Origin: Octopus bimaculoides
Taxonomy: Eukaryota
DNA length: 56,371 nucleotides
NCBI RefSeq assembly: GCF_001194135.2
Contig: NC_068998.1
Location: forward strand, 49,945,820 to 50,002,190
Reading direction: 5' to 3'
In this document: piece by piece, positions 37,942-51,508 of the stretch
Position numbering within the stretch: the stretch's first letter is position 1
Layout of the letters: every line of letters begins with the position of its first letter
Translations under genes and position numbers: made by a program
The notes under the pieces: model-generated
Told to the model about the DNA's origin: nothing
Database searches by the model: none
Seen by the model: only the letters and a program-made list of their open reading frames with translations

Positions 37942-39449
37942 TATAATTTTGCCTCTTTACCACCGGTTTGTTATGATAAAGCTTTCTTCAAGATGGCTTA
38001 TTTATATATAAATATAATGTAACATATGTTGCACTCCGTATATGTATTACTATGAACTCTTTAAATGTTTATTGTTCATGATAAAATATTGTGTTTGCAC
38101 GTCAACTATTTAGAATTTAGGAGTTTAAGAACAAAAGTTTTTATAGAGCTTCTCTGCTAATATATGTATGAGATTAAATAAAACGTTGTTGCCCATATGG
38201 CATTAACTTCATGATAAATCACTCCAGCACAAACACAGACAAGACCACATACTCATGACGTTTAAACTTACTTCCTTTCAAGAATTTACAAGTACTTATT
38301 TTAGGTTTGTGACAAATTATGCAATTGGTACCGTTTCTTCAGTACATTTAATGATTGAAGGACATTGATGTGCTGTCTTTGACACTGAATGTGACACGAT
38401 CAGACTCTTTCTTAGAATAATTTACTGTGAATTTCATGTTCGTCAAATCATATGAACTAGATTGTGTGGGTTATGTTTTTTTTTAACGCCCTGAAATATA
38501 CTCAATCGATATTTGAAAATATTTTTGATAAGAATCTGATAGATACGGTTAGATTGTGACAGCATGTTTACCTGACATTTGACTTAGACGATTTCGGAGG
38601 ACTGACGGGGAGATCATTTTCCGGTTTGCTACAAAACACACATCCTGAGCGTTTTGGGCAGATTATTCTTAGGATATGCATGTATATGCAACAGCATATT
38701 TTCCCAGTTTTCTTCACTTGCTTACAATTTTAATACTTTGATTCTTTAACTATCTAATTTGATGTATTGGAAATCGTGAAGATTCATGGGTCTCACTTGC
38801 TGTTAATTATATAAAGCTTGGCCACCATAGATGGTATTATTTCTCCAGAAAATTACAGGCTAATGTTGTACACTAAAGCACCATTGATACCTGATACCTT
38901 GTAACAAATAACTAATGAGATCAATGCATAACCATTCTTCTTCTTTTTATCAACTTGGTAATATGAAATAGGGAAAGATGCATTACTACACATATTTTAG
39001 CTCCACACCCCATACGATACTTGCGATAGTGAAAGGGCCATCAATTGGGGGTGGGAAACTTGGGTATTTGGATGTTCCCTGATTCTGCCTAGGTGACTAC
39101 TTATATGGCATTGAATCTCCAGTACGCATGTAGTTTGAATTTCTGTCTGGCGAAGTATTGCAGTAGCATCAGTTTTCAATGTTACTCGATACATTTTTGT
39201 ACTTTGAGTTGTAAGTTATTACAACTGAATGCTTCTACAACAGAGCTTCTCATGTTTAACTGAGACCGCAAGATAGTCCTCCGTGCAAGAAGATACTTCG
39301 CCTTATCTGAGAGGGCACAACGCCTGTATTAAAGCGCTACTAACAAGAGTTCAATCTGACCTTGTGCAAATGACAGCTAGGGCCCCTGGCTGACCAGTAA
39401 CTTGTGATGGGATTTGGCAGACGGAAACTGAAGGAAGTCCGTCGAACAT

Positions 39450-39480
<31 letters not shown>

Positions 39481-39527
39481 CAAGTATATGTATATGTATA
39501 TATGCATGTATATGTTTGTGTGTGTAC

Positions 39528-39559
<32 letters not shown>

Positions 39560-41108
39560 ATATGTATCCCTGTCTTTGTCATCCCACCATCGCTTGATAA
39601 CCGATTCTGATTTGTTTATGTCACAGAGAATAATTACTAGGTTTACAAAAATAAGCGCTGGGTCTGTTTCTACGATTTAAACGCTTTAAGACGGTGTTAC
39701 AGCATGGCTGCAGTCATATGATTGAAGCGAGTAAAAGAATGAAAGAATATATATATACAGATCCACAAGTGTGAATATACATAGATAGAAACGAGTTTCT
39801 ACACGCTCACACATTCACAGACACACTGACACACAATTACATATGGAACTTAAATGTTTTATATATATATATATATATAACAGTGTTCAATGTTTTTCCC
39901 AATTTCCAAATTTTTGTTGAGTCCAAGTTATTCTTCTTTTTGTACATAATTTTCTATTCTTTTTTGTGGTTCTTATTAATGCTTGATTTACCTTGTTCAA
40001 CATTTCGTCATACATTCTATGTAGTAAAGTATAATATGCATAATATCAGAAATATCTTGAGATTTATTTGGGGAATATGACGGATCAGTTTAAAATAGAA
40101 TTAACGTGTTTCTCTTATTTCGTATGTTTTATCAGTTTTATTATTATTTAGTTTTGCACAGTCTTATGACACATATATGATAGATTTAATCATACATCAT
40201 TGCTTAAGTGAACCGAATTATGCGTAGCGACAGTTGCCACTGGATTTAGGCTCTTGGTATTGATCACCTGTAACGATACACTTCATATTGTGGCAGCAGA
40301 TATATGATAATCTCACCGAACAGCAATTGAATATTTTCCTCTGTCTGAGAGAAGCTGGAAAGTGTTTCTATAAGCTACCAATAAAATCAATTATCTTAAT
40401 TCATAATGCTTAAATAGTGAAATTATTTTCATTCTTTTTCATGATCACATCTGTTCGTCTTTTATATACACAACAACATTTTGTAGCTAATAGTTTTTAA
40501 AGAAGTCTTTACCACAAGGTTTCTCCCATAGAACTCGTTCATTAGAATACAGATGTTCAATAGTCTTTCTATTTTTTAACTGTGATATTTTGATCCATAG
40601 TTAATTTTGGGTCCCACCTATTATTGTTCCGTCACTTGAAACCACACAAACATTTTGTAGCTAATGCGTCTTAACAAAGTTTTCACAGCAAGATTCTACG
40701 AAGAGAAACATATCCGTTTAAATCCAGATTAATTGATACTTTTCGCTTAAAACATCTGAGATTTCAATTCAAATTCCTCCTCTCTTTATTGAAGCCAGAC
40801 CAACAGTACTGCTTAAAGACATATTTACCAACGGACTGGGAGTGGATTATATGTTAATAATTGTAAGAAATTTTTTAAGCTGTTGTTACGACCAACAATA
40901 CATGAACATTCACGTATTGAAATTGAAACTATCATCCACAAAATTGTGATTCGATATAAAAAGCTTTAGAAAAATATGAAACAATAAAGAAATAGATTTT
41001 AGCGTTTACTTCCCAGTTATTCTTACAGAACCTCTCAAATACATAAATTGTAGAACCAATAAAATTACAAATAATGCAAGTAAATCGTTATTGCATCATT
41101 ATCTTCAT

Positions 41109-44100
41109 TTAGATTTGCATTAGTACATTAACGACAAGTACAGTAAGGAATAGTGTTTGCATGGGCCTCTGAAAAGAGAATAGTAAACATTATATCGATA
41201 ACAATCTGTATACATATATATGGAAAGTAATTGGATATGAAGTTAGTGTTTATTTCAAATCTAACGTGGGTTTTCTGAAAGAAATAACGATACTGCAATT
41301 TTAACCCTAGGAAGGAATAACAATTCTGCTGCCTTGACCCCAGACTAACCGCGATTGTAATATATATAGAAAATACAATGTCACACAATTACTGACTTTT
41401 CAGTTTCTCCGTTAGAAAACCTTTCTTCCTGAGAGAACCAGTATACGAAGAATAAAAGGTAACAATTATCACCACTTTAGATGCGAATGATACAAAACTT
41501 CACTGTTTAAACGACGGTGTGCTTAACTACGAAGAAGTAACGCGGGAACTTGAAATCTCGAATGCATTAATTACAACTCTATTTATCGATAACTATATTG
41601 ATTCTTTGCAGGTCAATTGACATCTGACTGTTAAACTAAAACTTCAAAAACTATCTAGGAGCAACCTCTCCTATTGAAAATTAAGAGAATTTGGCATTGT
41701 GATGTAATGAATTTGGTTCTCGGTGGCCAACGTATTAAAACTATGACGATGGAATCACTACTACTCTACTTTTAGTACAATGGGAGGTCGAAATATGCAG
41801 ATTTTATTAAACTTATTTTCAAAATATTTACAGGGTTTCCCGAATTCAAGGCAGCCGATAAATCGGGCTTTAATGATTACCAATAAATATGATAAGATAT
41901 GAAAACTATATATCATTGTAAAAGCTTCTTGTGTGTTCATTTTGTTTCATACTGCATATATACAGATTTACAAATTTGATAATTGCTAGAGATAAAAATA
42001 CAATTATAACCCTCCACAGATTAGGCGAATTTAATACAGAGATTGCAAATAGAAATTAAAATCAAACTAACAACACACCCCAAAATTGCCAAGGAATATC
42101 AAGAGGCTGGTTCCACCAGGGTTCAAACTGGACGTGGCCAAATAAGAATTGTGTGGACCTCTCAGATTATACTGCGAACTCCTAGGAATTCCTTCAAACA
42201 TTTGGCTGCCAAGTGAAATATAAGCAGAACATCAATATATCGGGTGCTGAGGAGCAGCTGAGGTCCCATCCCTACAAGATGATCCACCGTCATAGCATAT
42301 ACAGATTTATAAGGGTATATGGCAGCAATGAAACGGTCTTATCTTGCACGCTGCGTAACTTGATGTTCACTGATGCAAAGAAATATGATATCCAATAGAC
42401 AGTAAGGTACCAGAATGACTGACTTTAAGGATATCTCGCTCTGGCAAGACGAAATTCGTAAATGGCAGACAAACTACACTGCCAGTTATGGTTTTGGCGG
42501 CTGTGAGAACCAGTGGAATGTTGCCCCTCGTTTCTCTGCTGTCGGGTGTTCGAATTAATATCCAACGAGAGATTTCCGACATTCTGTAATATGAAACCTA
42601 TCAATGGCTGGATGAATACTTCTAATGCACACCTTCCAGCCTTCAACAAAACACGGCACCGTCACATATCTCCACACAGACACAACACTGGTTTCAGAAA
42701 AAAACATTCCATCGTTCCTTATCAAGGACGTATATCCATCATGATGATCCGAACTCATCCCGTTGGATTTTTCTGTTTGGTCCAATTCAGAGATGAGGCT
42801 CACGTGCAAACCACATGTTTTGCTCGACGCCTTGGAGGCCATACTGCACCAGACATTTTCTTCGTTTCCGTAACAGTAACTGCGTACCGCGGGTAAAGTA
42901 TTCGCACTTAGACTTAAACCCGTTATTCGAGACAGATGCGCTTATATCAACTAAATGTTGCTGTGTCATAATTGTTTTTCATTCACCACTGCATTACAAT
43001 GCAAGTAACGGAAATATAGCATTTTTCGCTAGGGCGTTCCGCCGAGGTCCTCTTTGCCGTTTCCTTTAGAGGGTCAATAAATTAAGTACCAGTTGCATAA
43101 TGTGGTCGACCTAATTAACTAGCCCATTCTCCCAAAATTGGAGCCTTGTGCCTAGAGTACAAAAGAATATTTCGCTTGGACAAAATAAAAAAAAAATGGA
43201 TGAATGAAATTTAGGGCACCCTGTTTTTATATTCTAGCTGGTAGCATAACTATTGTAGTAACATATATGTTCTCGAAGTATTAGCTACAATGAAATCACC
43301 TACCTCGGCATTGTTAGACTTGTTTTTTCTGAAAAATTCAAAAGTTTTCAAATGCTAAAATATATCAGGCAATTTCTGTGCACACATACGCAGTAATGAG
43401 GTATTAATTCTATCATACAAGGAATGTTATAAAATTTATGATTAATATACTTTTTAGTTAATTTATTATTCATTGAAAATTTTAGCTGTATGAACGTGTC
43501 TTATCATATAAATCTTGTTTCGGGTATCAGGTACAGAGTTAATGAAATATAGAGAACGTTCTGCCGTAACGTTTTGGTTGCATTTAAAATCAGATACATG
43601 CAACATCGAATTAGAAAGTAACTTACTTGACATTTCTTCATTTTTTTAAACAAATGTTGACAATCACGATGCATGTCTGGAAGATAACACTCGTCGAAAA
43701 CTTCGGCAGAACTGTAAATGGAAGTTAACGTGGAAATTATTCAGCGGCTATTGTAGTACATGTAATGTTGCTTATATATATATGTATATATATATATATN
43801 NNNNNNNNNNNNNNNNNNNNNNNNNNNNNNNNNNNNNNNNNNNNNNNNNNNNNNNNNNNNNNNNNNNNNNNNNNNNNNNNNNNNNNNNNNNNNNNNNNNN
43901 NNNNNNNNNNNNNNNNNNNNNNNNNNNNNNNNNNNNNNNNNNNNNNNNNNNNNNNNNNNNNNNNNNNNNNNNNNNNNNNNNNNNNNNNNNNNNNNNNNNN
44001 NNNNNNNNNNNNNNNNNNNNNNNNNNNNNNNNNNNNNNNNNNNNNNNNNNNNNNNNNNNNNNNNNNNNNNNNNNNNNNNNNNNNNNNNNNNNNNNNNNNN

Positions 44101-44324
44101 NNNNNNNNNNNNNNNNNNNNNNNNNNNNNNNNNNNNNNNNNNNNNNNNNNNNNNNNNNNNNNNNNNNNNNNNNNNNNNNNNNNNNNNNNNNNNNNNNNNN
44201 NNNNNNNNNNNNNNNNNNNNNNNNNNNNNNNNNNNNNNNNNNNNNNNNNNNNNNNNNNNNNNNNNNNNNNNNNNNNNNNNNNNNNNNNNNNNNNNNNNNT
44301 ATATATATATGGATAGATAGATAC

Positions 44325-44361
<37 letters not shown>

Positions 44362-44856
44362 CATACATATACACAAACGCACAAAATATGGGGGTTTAGT
44401 TCACCGGTGGACTGTGAACTTTATTTTCCTGTCTATATTCTTCTAGCTAATTTTACTCTTTGTCCTTCTATTTTATTTCTAATAAACTGTAAATGTCCCT
44501 GCCTAGAACTTTCGTGCATACTTTGTCTCTGATGACAGAAAACCCAGTGTGCGGACAATTTAGCCTATCATATGGGATATACCAGAAACAGCTGTAAAAT
44601 TTCAAATTCACCTTACCCTATTGGAATTATGGTAACCGGCGTCAGATACACGCCTAGCCTTTGTTTCTCTTATCCTTTATCCTCTATAGTAATGTATCCC
44701 TAATAATACGGAAGCTTAATACGGATCCCTATTTCCAGAATCAGCTGTGCACTTGGAACCTAGATGAGGACTAAATATAGCACGTAATTAGCGTAACTTT
44801 TCGTTTAGATGACCACTGACTAAATCCCTCGTATTCTTCTCTCTCTCTCTCTCTCA

Positions 44857-44897
<41 letters not shown>

Positions 44898-44901
44898 CCC
44901 C

Positions 44902-44948
<47 letters not shown>

Positions 44949-47515
44949 TTCCCGTAAAAATGTTTCTCGTAAAAAATGTAAGATATATATATATATCTTA
45001 AATTTTTTAGGGGAAACATTTTGAATATGCAAATAATTATACTATTCCATTACCCTTCTACAGTCTAATAATGCTTAACGGTGAACCAATCTTTTGGGGT
45101 TCCATCAAGCTGTATCGATAGAATAAAGGGTAGATGTAGTAATAATATCAAAATTCGGGATGGAACTTTTAGACATTTAAGGCATCATTATGCGTGTTTC
45201 CACAAAACACATGTGTCTTCAGATCACAAATTCCAGAAAGGTTTCTGAAATTTGGAAGAAAAATATATTTCAAAACTGAATAGCATCAACTCCCTTAGTA
45301 TACTCTAGATTCAAACACAAATAAATAAACCAACCAACCAATGTGTAGAATGCTCTAAACCACACCACTATACTGCAAGAAACATGTAAAAGGTCACTCT
45401 GAGAATGTGTCATTGTTCAATTGAGACACTAATCTCCACCAGTTGATCGATTTAGTGGCTGTACTAGATCACCAGTTTACTTCAGACTTCATTACAGATA
45501 GACATGACTTAAATAAGATTTGGACAAAGGAATGTAAACATACTTGATATCTGAACACTGAATAGTAATATAAGTGAAACGTCACATCACCCACCTCCAT
45601 CCCAAAGTAACTACCATACTTTGTTGTACAACCATCACGTCTCTCTCCTCTCAACAAAATACACACAGGAACACCCATGTAACTCACTCAAACATCGCGC
45701 TGGACAAAAAGCGTTGAAATATTTCTGTGTGTAAACAATCCACCGGTTCTTCATTTTGATGGAAAGCTTAATGTTGGTGGAAAAGGCTTGAACTCCGACT
45801 TTCGTCAAACGATGAAACACAGTCTTTCGAGACACTTTCATTCCATAATGACTGAAACAATCTATTAATGACAGCCTTAGGATCACACGGTTTTACCAAA
45901 CACCTGTTTTTCCGTGGTTTTCCCAGTTTTTCTAATGACACAAACGACCTTGTTTCATCACTGCGGTATATATGCACATACATTCTGATTCCATGATGAA
46001 TTTCAAATTACAAGATACAATTTTAAGAGAAGCGGTGGCACAGCAGTAACATCGCTGGTAACTATCGTACATTTTCAAAAATTGATCTAGTATATTATTT
46101 CAACCATTTATTTATTTCATACCTACTGGCAGACCGGGTCTGAATTTGTATGAATTCGATAAGTCTCGGGACAACCAATTTTCGCTAACTTATCACAATT
46201 TTGTTTCAAGTCGAAAGTTGATACAGCTAGGATGAGAAAAAATACGTTTTTCAATCATGCAGTTACGTAGATCTTTATTGTAAATTAGCGATTTAAATAG
46301 AATCGGTTTCAGACATTCTCTTCAATTTACATTCATATACATATGTGCGTTTGTTTGTGTGTGTGTATATGTGTGTGTGTTTGTGTGTGTGCGTGTATAT
46401 ATATNNNNNNNNNNNNNNNNNNNNNNNNNNNNNNNNNNNNNNNNNNNNNNNNNNNNNNNNNNNNNNNNNNNNNNNNNNNNNNNNNNNNNNNNNNNNNNNN
46501 NNNNNNNNNNNNNNNNNNNNNNTATATATATATATATATGTAACAGGATATCATGTAGTAAGGCAGTACGACCGTTTCAAGCAGCTCCGTGAATTGAACA
46601 ATGCAATCATTACGTAACTTTAAATACAATTCTATCTTGAGCTGCACAAAATGTAGAACTTTTTAACAAGCAGAACACATTAAATGGAGCCGCTTGAAAC
46701 AGTCGTGCTCCATTACTACTTGATATCCTGTTGCTTAATTTGATTTTATTCACCTTCATTGGAGCTGTGTGGATAATACCGGACTGGCTTGGTGCTTCAA
46801 CTACACGTGTGCTTCTGAAAACCTCATATATTAATTAACCTGCTCAGCGTATCGAGAACACTATATTGGTCAAACTGAAAACATTTTACGACCGCGTAAG
46901 ACGGCACATAGATCCCAAATTAAAATACGAGAATACAGTAAATAGGGTTAAGCAAGCACATCAATATTTGCTCCATTAACAAGCCAACAGTAGCCTGTAT
47001 AAATTCAGGGACAAATCAACCTGTAATCAGCACATTAGTAAAGAAGCATATCTATAAGCGATCCCGCTATTCGGTAAATATGTATTCACTAGCAACCGCG
47101 GCTCTTCTTACAGCTGAATCCTTTTAACAAATTTCATCCATGCAATAACACATGCCTTCAGTTGACGCCCTTCGATTGAACCAAATATAGTTTGCCGTAA
47201 ACAGGTATGGTGACATTTTCACCATTCTTCTTCCAAATGACGGTATCTTTTAGAGGGGACACTGATTTTATGTAGCTAGTAGCTATTGTTCTTCTCCAAT
47301 ACTTCCATTGTATGTAATATCCAATTTCCAAAGCAAAGTTTCTAGAGGCGCAGGAAGATATTATTTTTATCTTGTGGAGAAAGATGTCGAAATGACATTG
47401 TGCGGTGAGTGCAGGTTGTGGTTCTAATTGAAGTCGCGAATCATACATGCATACATACACTCATATATTTGCATGCATCTATATATATACATACATACAC
47501 ACACACACACACACG

Positions 47516-47546
<31 letters not shown>

Positions 47547-47855
47547 NNNNNNNNNNGGTGAGTGCAGGTTGTGGTTCTAATTGAAGTCGCGAATCATACA
47601 TGCATACATACACTCATATATTTGCATGCATCTATATATATACATACATATGCCCAGACGAGGCTGGCCAATTTGGAGTATTAACGAGTATAACCAGCCG
47701 AAATTGCAAAGATAATTTGGATCTCGACTGATGAAATAACACAAATCCGAATGGCCTGTCCTGGTTTTCTTTGTATCGTCTGTCTGGATGGTTTATTGAC
47801 AATTTTTTGTACCATCTAACTGTCTGGATGTTTTGCGTTCTTGTCCCATTTTTTT

Positions 47856-47927
<72 letters not shown>

Positions 47928-48096
47928 TGAATTATTGGTTAATTGATAAGAAGATAATATATATGTCTCTAGATTTGTATTTTGGGTGAGTGGAACACAG
48001 AGGTATATACTAGTTGATATTGTTATATCAACTAGTAAGCGAATAACTCTGATTCTTACCGTTTAAGAGAACAAATATAAACGCAGAAATTTTCAT
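41109..48096 (-). CDS. Locus L6: exons 48096-48060, 46226-46127, 43711-43627, micro-exon 43328-43304 (25 nt, frameshifted), terminal exon 41168-41109
   Basis: MKISAFIFVLLN-A-VSTFDLKQNCDKLAKIGCPETYRIHTNSDPVC-H-SAEVFDECYLPDMHRDCQHLFKKMKKCQ, then KKQV* as assembled, or KNKSNNAE-RPMQTLFLTVLVVNVLMQI* if one A is removed. Exon sizes 37/100/85. Confidence 0.8.
41831..43223 (+). mobile_element. DD37D-like transposon, decayed, in intron 4 of L6
   Basis: CAGGGT..ACCCTG ends; N-terminal RYQEAGST..NISRTSIYRVL; MVLAAV; DTAPSHIST.TQHWF; C-terminal remnants. Confidence 0.7.
46541..46733. mobile_element. MITE with ~45-bp imperfect TIRs; related half-copies at ~24480-24600 and ~32705-32830
   Basis: AACAGGATATCATGTAGTAAGGCAGTACGACCGTTTCAAGCAGCTCC ... 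GGAGCCGCTTGAAACAGTCGTGCTCCATTACTACTTGATATCCTGTT. Confidence 0.7.
46800..47060 (+). mobile_element. Penelope-like element GIY-YIG endonuclease fragment
   Basis: ENLIY*LTCSAYREHYIGQTENILRPRKTAHRSQI matches the PLE NLIYxIxCxxCxExYIGQT...R..H motif. Confidence 0.7.
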
Positions 48097-49239
48097 TGTT
48101 ATTTTGTCTCTTCACCACCGGTTATTTTTGATAACGCAGTCTTCAGGTCGGTTTATTTTATAAGAAAATATAATGTAACATCTGTTGCGCTCCGGATATG
48201 CATGGCAATGTGTATTCCTCAAGCTGAAATATTATTTCTGCACGTCAGCTGTTTAGAATGTATAAGGATAAAAAGAATCGCCTTTATTGAGTTTCTTTTC
48301 TAAAATAGGTGATATTAAATAGAATGTTAATGCTTGGCTTGCATTAATTTCGTAATAAATCACCTCCAGTGCAAACTCAGACACGGAGACATACACACAA
48401 CAGATATTCTTTCTCCATTTCATTTCTCCACAATTTCTCTCTCTATGTTTGTGATTTTGCACCAATTATGCAATTTGTACTGTTTCTTGAGTATATTTAA
48501 TGCCTAATCGAGATTGAATCCGCTATCGTCGCAACTGAATGCGGCACGATCAGAACATCTATTGTCATCTTCGCTTTTGTTCAATGTCTAATTTATTGCT
48601 TTCTATTTTCACAAACATATGACAGTAGTGTATGGCGTTTTATTATCTGTAATGTTTGTCCTATGTGTACCGCTATTAGTCCTTTTGATTTTGTACGGTT
48701 CCTCCAACATACTCACTCGCAATGATATTGCTAGGTGGGTTGGTTTAAATCTCGACTGCCTACATATCATTAAAATATGTTTACATATGATTTTCTTTTT
48801 ATTTTGCATATAAACATGTATTAGAAATCATTAGCAAGGAAAACAAATTCTCCTCAAAGAGGTGTTGTGAACACAACAATTGTTCTTTATATAAATATAT
48901 TAATATTATCTTGGTTGAAAAAACTTCGATAATGTAAATATGTTAATAGTTACCAGGGTAGCAAAAATCACACAAAAACTGAGATATCATTCCCGGCTAA
49001 TGGGTAGAAATTCCATGTTAAAATGATGTATCTTGAGTAGATATGAAGACTAATAATAAATGAGGCAAAACGCGTATACTCAATAAGTTCCTTTAATCCC
49101 TACATATGTTTCAAAATTTATGTCCACTCTACTCCAAAGAAGTGAGAGGTGCTGGAATATGCACATAAATTTATCGTCAAGGAACCATCTTACAAAAGCA
49201 AGACATGCGCTAAATGCTAAGGTTGCGTACGAGTAATAA

Positions 49240-49307
49240 CACTATCTACACACATGCACTATCTACACACATGCACTATCTACACACATGCACTATCTAC
49301 ACACATG
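49240..49307 (+). repeat. 17-bp minisatellite x4 (CACTATCTACACACATG)
   Basis: Four exact tandem units. Confidence 0.9.
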
Positions 49308-49495
49308 CGCGCACACAAACACACACACATATATATTGAATTATTGGTTAATCGATAGACAAATATATAGATTTACGCAGATGAATTTTGATAAATAGAG
49401 ATTTATATAAGCTTTCATTTTCGCTGAGTGGAAAACAGAAATATATTGAACGCTTTTGACATATAAAGCAGTAAGACAGAAATTGTGATCTTTAC

Positions 49496-49532
49496 TAATT
49501 AAGAGAACAAAAATAAACGCAGAAATCTTTTT
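49496..49532 (-). pseudogene. Duplicated, inactivated exon 1 upstream of L6 (start codon position reads AAA)
   Basis: KISAFIFVLLI|gtaaag is homologous to 48060-48096 and 37905-37941, but ATG is replaced by AAA. The nearest upstream ATG is out of frame. Confidence 0.65.
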
Positions 49533-50214
49533 TTGTGATTTTGTCTCTTCATCACCGGTGTATTTTGATGCATAAATCCCAAGATGGTTTATTTTTATAT
49601 GAAATAAAATTCACCATCTGTTGCACCCCTTATATTCATTGACATTCATTACTATGAACGCTCTAAATGTGTGTTTAAATGTTAGAATATTGTTTTGGCA
49701 CGTCAATTATTTGGAATTTATAAGTATTAGGAGAAACGTTTATTTTCCTTTTATAGGGCTTTACTGCTAAAATATTTATGAGATTAAATAAAATGATGTT
49801 GCCCAGATGGTATTAACTTCATAATAAAACAAGCCCCATGCAAAAAGGGACACGATGACTTTCGCACAATATATATTCTTTCTTCATTTTATTCTTCTAC
49901 AATTTCTTATTTTAGGTTTGTGAGCTTACGCCAATTATGCAATTAGTAACGTTACTTGAGTACTTGTAATGCTTAAAGGAAATCGATGACGTGATCAGAC
50001 TTTTTTATACAATACTTTACAGAGAAATTAATGTGTTGGATCGCATAATCTAGACTTTGTGGGTTATTTATTTTTTCATGCACTTACATCTATTCCATAT
50101 ATATTTCACCAAACCTCCATAGGAATCTGAAAATCTGGTTAGTTTGTTGCAGTATATTTAAATATGCACATATTAAAGACAATGATCTTTTCTACAATAG
50201 AATGAAATTTAGTT

Positions 50215-50560
50215 GTGTAGATTGACCCCATGGTCTCACTGGTACTTAATTCATCATTTCCGAAAAGATGAAAGGTAAAGTTGACTTCGGTGGATTCTGA
50301 ACACAGAACGTAGTGACAGGCAAACTAATCCTAAGCATTTCGTCCACCGAGCTAACGATGCTCACCGTTTTAGATTAACTCTAGACACAAGGTCCGAAAC
50401 GTTTGGAGAGGTGGCCAGTCGATTAGATCGACCCTTGTACGCAATTGCTACTTAATTTATCGATTCTGAAAGGGGGAAAGGCAAAGGCAACCTTGGCGGA
50501 ATTTGAACTGAGGACGTAGAAAGATAGTCAAAATACCGCTAAACATTTCATCTAATGTAA
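50215..50560. repeat. Two tandem units of a SINE-like interspersed repeat
   Basis: GGTACTTAATT..GAAAGG..AAAG..GAC.TCGG.GGA.TTGAAC occurs twice ~210 bp apart. Confidence 0.5.
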
Positions 50561-51309
50561 ATCGTGAACATTTGTGAATGTAGTTTCGCTACATATCCAT
50601 TCGAAACAGAACAAGTATGACATGCAATCAAGTACCAAGTACCAGACCTAGTACCTCTCACACTCCGTTTAGGTGCTCTGTACTTTTATGTTAAGCCGCC
50701 AATAAAATTGAGTATGTTCATATACAATGCGAAATATTTTTAAATGACAAAATAATTTTTCATTTATTAAAATGGTCGCTTCTTTTACTCAATTAAGGCC
50801 ACGCAAACTTTTCATAGCTAATACGTTCACAACATTATTCGTCGTAAGAAGCACATTGGTTTCAATCCAATTTAATCTAATGTTTTACTTTTCTCGTAAA
50901 ACATCTGAGATATCTTATTCAAATTCAGTTTCTCCTCTAATTCCTGATATTTATCTCACCTACGTTTCTTTATATTGAATACAAGCTCAGAGTACAGACA
51001 AAAGGATATACGTCCGACAGGTAGAGTACGGATTATGTGTTAATATTTGTGAGAAAATATCTAAGCTATTATTACCTCAAACATTATGCAAACATTCTCC
51101 TATTGAATTTGAAACCATTATTTCCAAAATTGTTATCTGCTGATATAGTTAGAATTATAATTTTTCAGAAAGTATAAAACAGAATAGCATTAGATTTCAG
51201 CGTTTAATTCCCCATCATTTTTACACCGCATCTCAAATACATATTAATGTAGAACCAATACAAATTACAGAATAACGGAGGTAAATCGGTATTACATCAT
51301 TATCTTCCT

Positions 51310-51465
51310 TTAGATTTGCATTAGTATATTAAAGGAAATTACAGTAAGGAATAGTGTTTCCACGGATCTCTGAAAAGAAAATAATAACAATTACATCAAT
51401 AAGACTCTATATACACACACACACAAACACACACACATACACACACACACACACANNNNNNNNNN

Positions 51466-51508
<43 letters not shown>

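Noticed and set aside
47158-47460. 100-aa ORF on the - strand
   Set aside because: It starts in a microsatellite, has no recognisable motif or splice support, and has no paralog in the other loci.
47404-47650. ~95-bp direct repeat on both sides of a 10-N gap
   Set aside because: An exact duplication flanking a scaffold gap is typical of unmerged contig overlap.
49240-49307. CRISPR-like array
   Set aside because: Head-to-tail 17-mers without spacers in a eukaryotic context: a minisatellite.
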